The translations under genes were made by a program, and so were the position numbers. From Craspedostauros australis (Eukaryota), in the NCBI GenBank assembly GCA_030167865.1, contig JALAGF010003801.1, positions 45,652 to 65,651 of the forward strand: DNA of 20,000 nucleotides, in the 5' to 3' direction. Each line of letters opens with the position of its first letter. The first letter of the stretch is position 1. The notes below the pieces were generated by a model. That model saw only the letters and a program-made list of their open reading frames with translations. It was not told where the DNA came from and ran no database searches. Positions 17,549 through 20,000 of the stretch are shown here, one piece after another.

Positions 17549-19125
17549 GGTTGCTGTGCGTTCTTGTTCGGTTTGTGTTTGTGCTGGTGGTGGTGCCTGT
17601 GTTGTCTTTTGCTTTTTATGCGCACTTTCGGCGCCGTGCTTGCCTTCGTTTGACTGGGTGGGGTCCTGCATGGTGGTACGAGTAGTTGTAGGCGTGTTCG
17701 TGTTCGTATTCGTGTTCTTTTCCATCAAAAGAGGGCAAGGCATCAACGATGTGAAAATGTGGTCACAACAAGAAAGATCTCCAAACAGCTGCACATTTGG
17801 TGGTGTGGGGTTTTCTTCCATGTCTGTCGTGTGGACGACTTCGGTTCAGTTGTGCAACTCGAAACCTTATTGCATCCACACCAGAATTTTGGTGCAATTC
17901 TGGGAGAAGATTCCATCGGAATTGATGGATGCTACTGGATGTACACGAGGGAATGGAATCTTGATTGAGGGTTCGCATTTTTCGATGCCTTCCACATGGA
18001 GAGAAGAATACGTTCTTCGGACGCACATTGCGTCATTGGCCAGCTGCTGGGCGCATAATTTCCGGTGTCTTGGTGGACAGGCGGTGATGGGAGGTTGTTT
18101 GGATTTCGGCTGGTTGTGTGCACCTGGTTGGAACAGGATTGTTCTCTCTTGGATTTGTTCCACTCTGCGACAGGATCCTCTTCCGACAAACGCACTTGTC
18201 GGTTGTACGAGTAGGACTACCTGATGCAAGCAGGCACGTCCTTGTGCCGTTCGCGCAGATGCAAGTGCAAGTGCCCATCACATCACGCCCGTCCGAGAAA
18301 GATCTTCGAGGAGCTTCGCAAGAGATCTTTTGCCGTTGCCGGAGGCGAAGAAATTGAAGGTGGTGATGGGTGGCCGGTGGCGGGTGACAATCCACGCGCG
18401 GACGATGCACGAGCCATGGCGACAATTCTGGCAGATTGCATCTTCGATGTCTCCAATCGAGGAATCAGCGAACCATGGCAGGCAGCCGGATTCGCTGCAG
18501 TCACATCCTCGGGCATCTGCCTTGGCGGTGATTCTGAACGCGTCACGAAACTGGAATAGTCATCTTCCGCTCACCACCATTTACCCACCCGTGACTATTG
18601 GTATGACAATAGCTCACCGGATCTACGACTACTCCACTCGCAGCATGAAACGGCTGCGCATGATGACGCGAAGCCAGCCGATGACTCCAATTCGAACAGT
18701 GGCAGGCGATCAAGTGCCTGGTTGGATCACCGATGGCAAAGCGCAGACCACAAGCTGAGCCCGCTTGCTCCATCGGCAGGAAAGATGCACAATGGGGCTC
18801 GCCGAACAAAAACCGGTGGTGCGATTGCATGCCCTGCGAGCTGGGTCGGAGAGAGACTTGAATGGAGCCTTGGAATCGCGCTTTCAAAACAAGAGAGCGC
18901 CGTGGCAGTGCCATGGTCTGTGAATTGAAAACACGGCAGGATTGAGGTGATTTCATCTGTAAAGTGTTATTCTGAGGTGCTGATCGGTCATTACTACGCA
19001 AATTGATTGGAGCAACATACTCGTACGATCAGTGTTTCATTGGCAAATTACTTCTGCTATATATTCATTGTGTAATTGTTGGAATCTCGTAGGGTTGACA
19101 AGTTCTGCACTTCATGACTCCATCA

Positions 19126-20000
19126 TTAGTTGCTGCTTGCATCATTGTTTGAAAACTCTTTGTGCGTCTGTTCGTACTTTTGCAGAAGATGCGCCCCGAC
19201 CGTAATGGGCTCGAGCTGATGCACGCGCTTGGTCCCATCGGCGTTGCGTTCGCCGCTGTCATAGTCGCGACAATTGTCAAGGCATTCCACGAGCGCATCG
19301 AACGACGGATCGTAAAAGACGGGCGCGGAATAGCGTGCTCGCGACCCGTTGCTCAGCACGCGGTGTTTCGTGCTCCTGCATTTCCCATTCGTCCAGCGCT
19401 CCAGCATATCGCCGAGGTTGATGACGAACTTGTTGGGTTGTGGCGGCACGTCGATCCATTCCCCGCGCTTGGTCAAGATTTGCAACCCCGGGTTGTCGTC
19501 GGTGAGCAGCAGCGTGATCATGCCGTAGTCGGAGTGCGCGCCGCATGCAAAAATGCCGTTGTCGGGATCGCTCTTGGTGGGTTCGTATCGATTCAACCGC
19601 AGCGTGGTGATGGGGTTCTCGAAATGGGAATCAAAGTAGGTCGGCTCCACATCCAGCGCCACGGCGAGCATCTGGACGACCTGATGACCCACCGACATTG
19701 CCGTTTGATAGTACCGTTCCATCGTCGGTTGGAAGTCAGGAATGCCATGCTCATCGGACGGCCATTGGTTGGGACCGCGCAGCTTGGAGACGTCGTACAT
19801 CGGATCGGTCTCCGCAATGTGCTTGCCAATGTAGAAGCCCTCCTTCGTGTCGCCCTTATCCTTCTGCACAGCAGGGTCCAAAGTCTCGTTGCCCAATGCC
19901 AGGTATCCCCGACTCATGGCGCGGTCCACCATCATCAGCTTCTTCTCAACCGGAAGCTGGAAGAGGGCCTTGGTTTGGTCAAGGACCCCGTCGATGGTCT
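19126..20000 (-). CDS. 2-oxoglutarate/Fe(II)-dependent dioxygenase, isopenicillin N synthase-like (DIOX_N + 2OG-FeII_Oxy); 5' end lies beyond the window
   Basis: Fe ligands H-S-D (19536-19528) and STKHRV, and the 2OG-binding R-Y-S motif. Also RGY, D-KEGF, GPNQWP, LRLNRY, GLQI and INLGDMLERWTNG. The frame stays open to the window edge (..TIDGVLDQTKALFQLPVEKK..), so the track's Met at 19935 is internal. Confidence 0.93.
   Translation of the reverse strand, partial: TIDGVLDQTKALFQLPVEKKLMMVDRAMSRGYLALGNETLDPAVQKDKGDTKEGFYIGKHIAETDPMYDVSKLRGPNQWPSDEHGIPDFQPTMERYYQTAMSVGHQVVQMLAVALDVEPTYFDSHFENPITTLRLNRYEPTKSDPDNGIFACGAHSDYGMITLLLTDDNPGLQILTKRGEWIDVPPQPNKFVINLGDMLERWTNGKCRSTKHRVLSNGSRARYSAPVFYDPSFDALVECLDNCRDYDSGERNADGTKRVHQLEPITVGAHLLQKYEQTHKEFSNNDASSN

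Noticed and set aside
18298-18330. Imperfect hairpin AAAGATCT...AGATCTTT
   Set aside because: Built from two self-palindromic AGATCT sites; weak and isolated.
1-20000. Metabolic or biosynthetic gene cluster (CoA-transferase-GNAT, lipase, PPi-PFK, dioxygenase); also CRISPR, tRNA/rRNA and transposons
   Set aside because: The enzymes are separated by unrelated genes and there is no core synthase or shared pathway. I saw no repeat-spacer array, RNA-gene signature, transposase/RT motif or terminal repeats.

Overview
This window is eukaryotic nuclear DNA, most likely from a diatom. That assignment is an inference from a GT-AG intron with a CTGAC branch point, microsatellites, an RKLQ pro-peptide motif, PTSAPT repeats, LPIH/LPLH-type ankyrin repeats and a DUF6824-like domain. 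Seven protein genes are supported: (1) an acetyl-CoA hydrolase/CoA-transferase-GNAT fusion whose transferase active site looks degenerate; (2) a secreted, probably GPI-anchored lipase-type alpha/beta hydrolase; (3) an 878-aa disordered protein with LSxSxH repeats and a C-terminal DUF6824-like domain; (4) an ankyrin-repeat protein with candidate lipidation signals at both ends; (5) an 853-aa disordered protein with about 11 LKKV-like (WH2/thymosin-like) motifs; (6) a two-exon PPi-dependent phosphofructokinase of the Propionibacterium type, split across two ORF-track entries; (7) a 5'-truncated 2OG-Fe(II) dioxygenase. I found no rRNA, tRNA, CRISPR array or transposon. The best leads are the pseudo-CoA-transferase-GNAT fusion (candidate acyl-CoA-sensing acetyltransferase) and the tandem LKKV-repeat protein (candidate actin binder). 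All family assignments come from motif recognition by eye; no searches were run.
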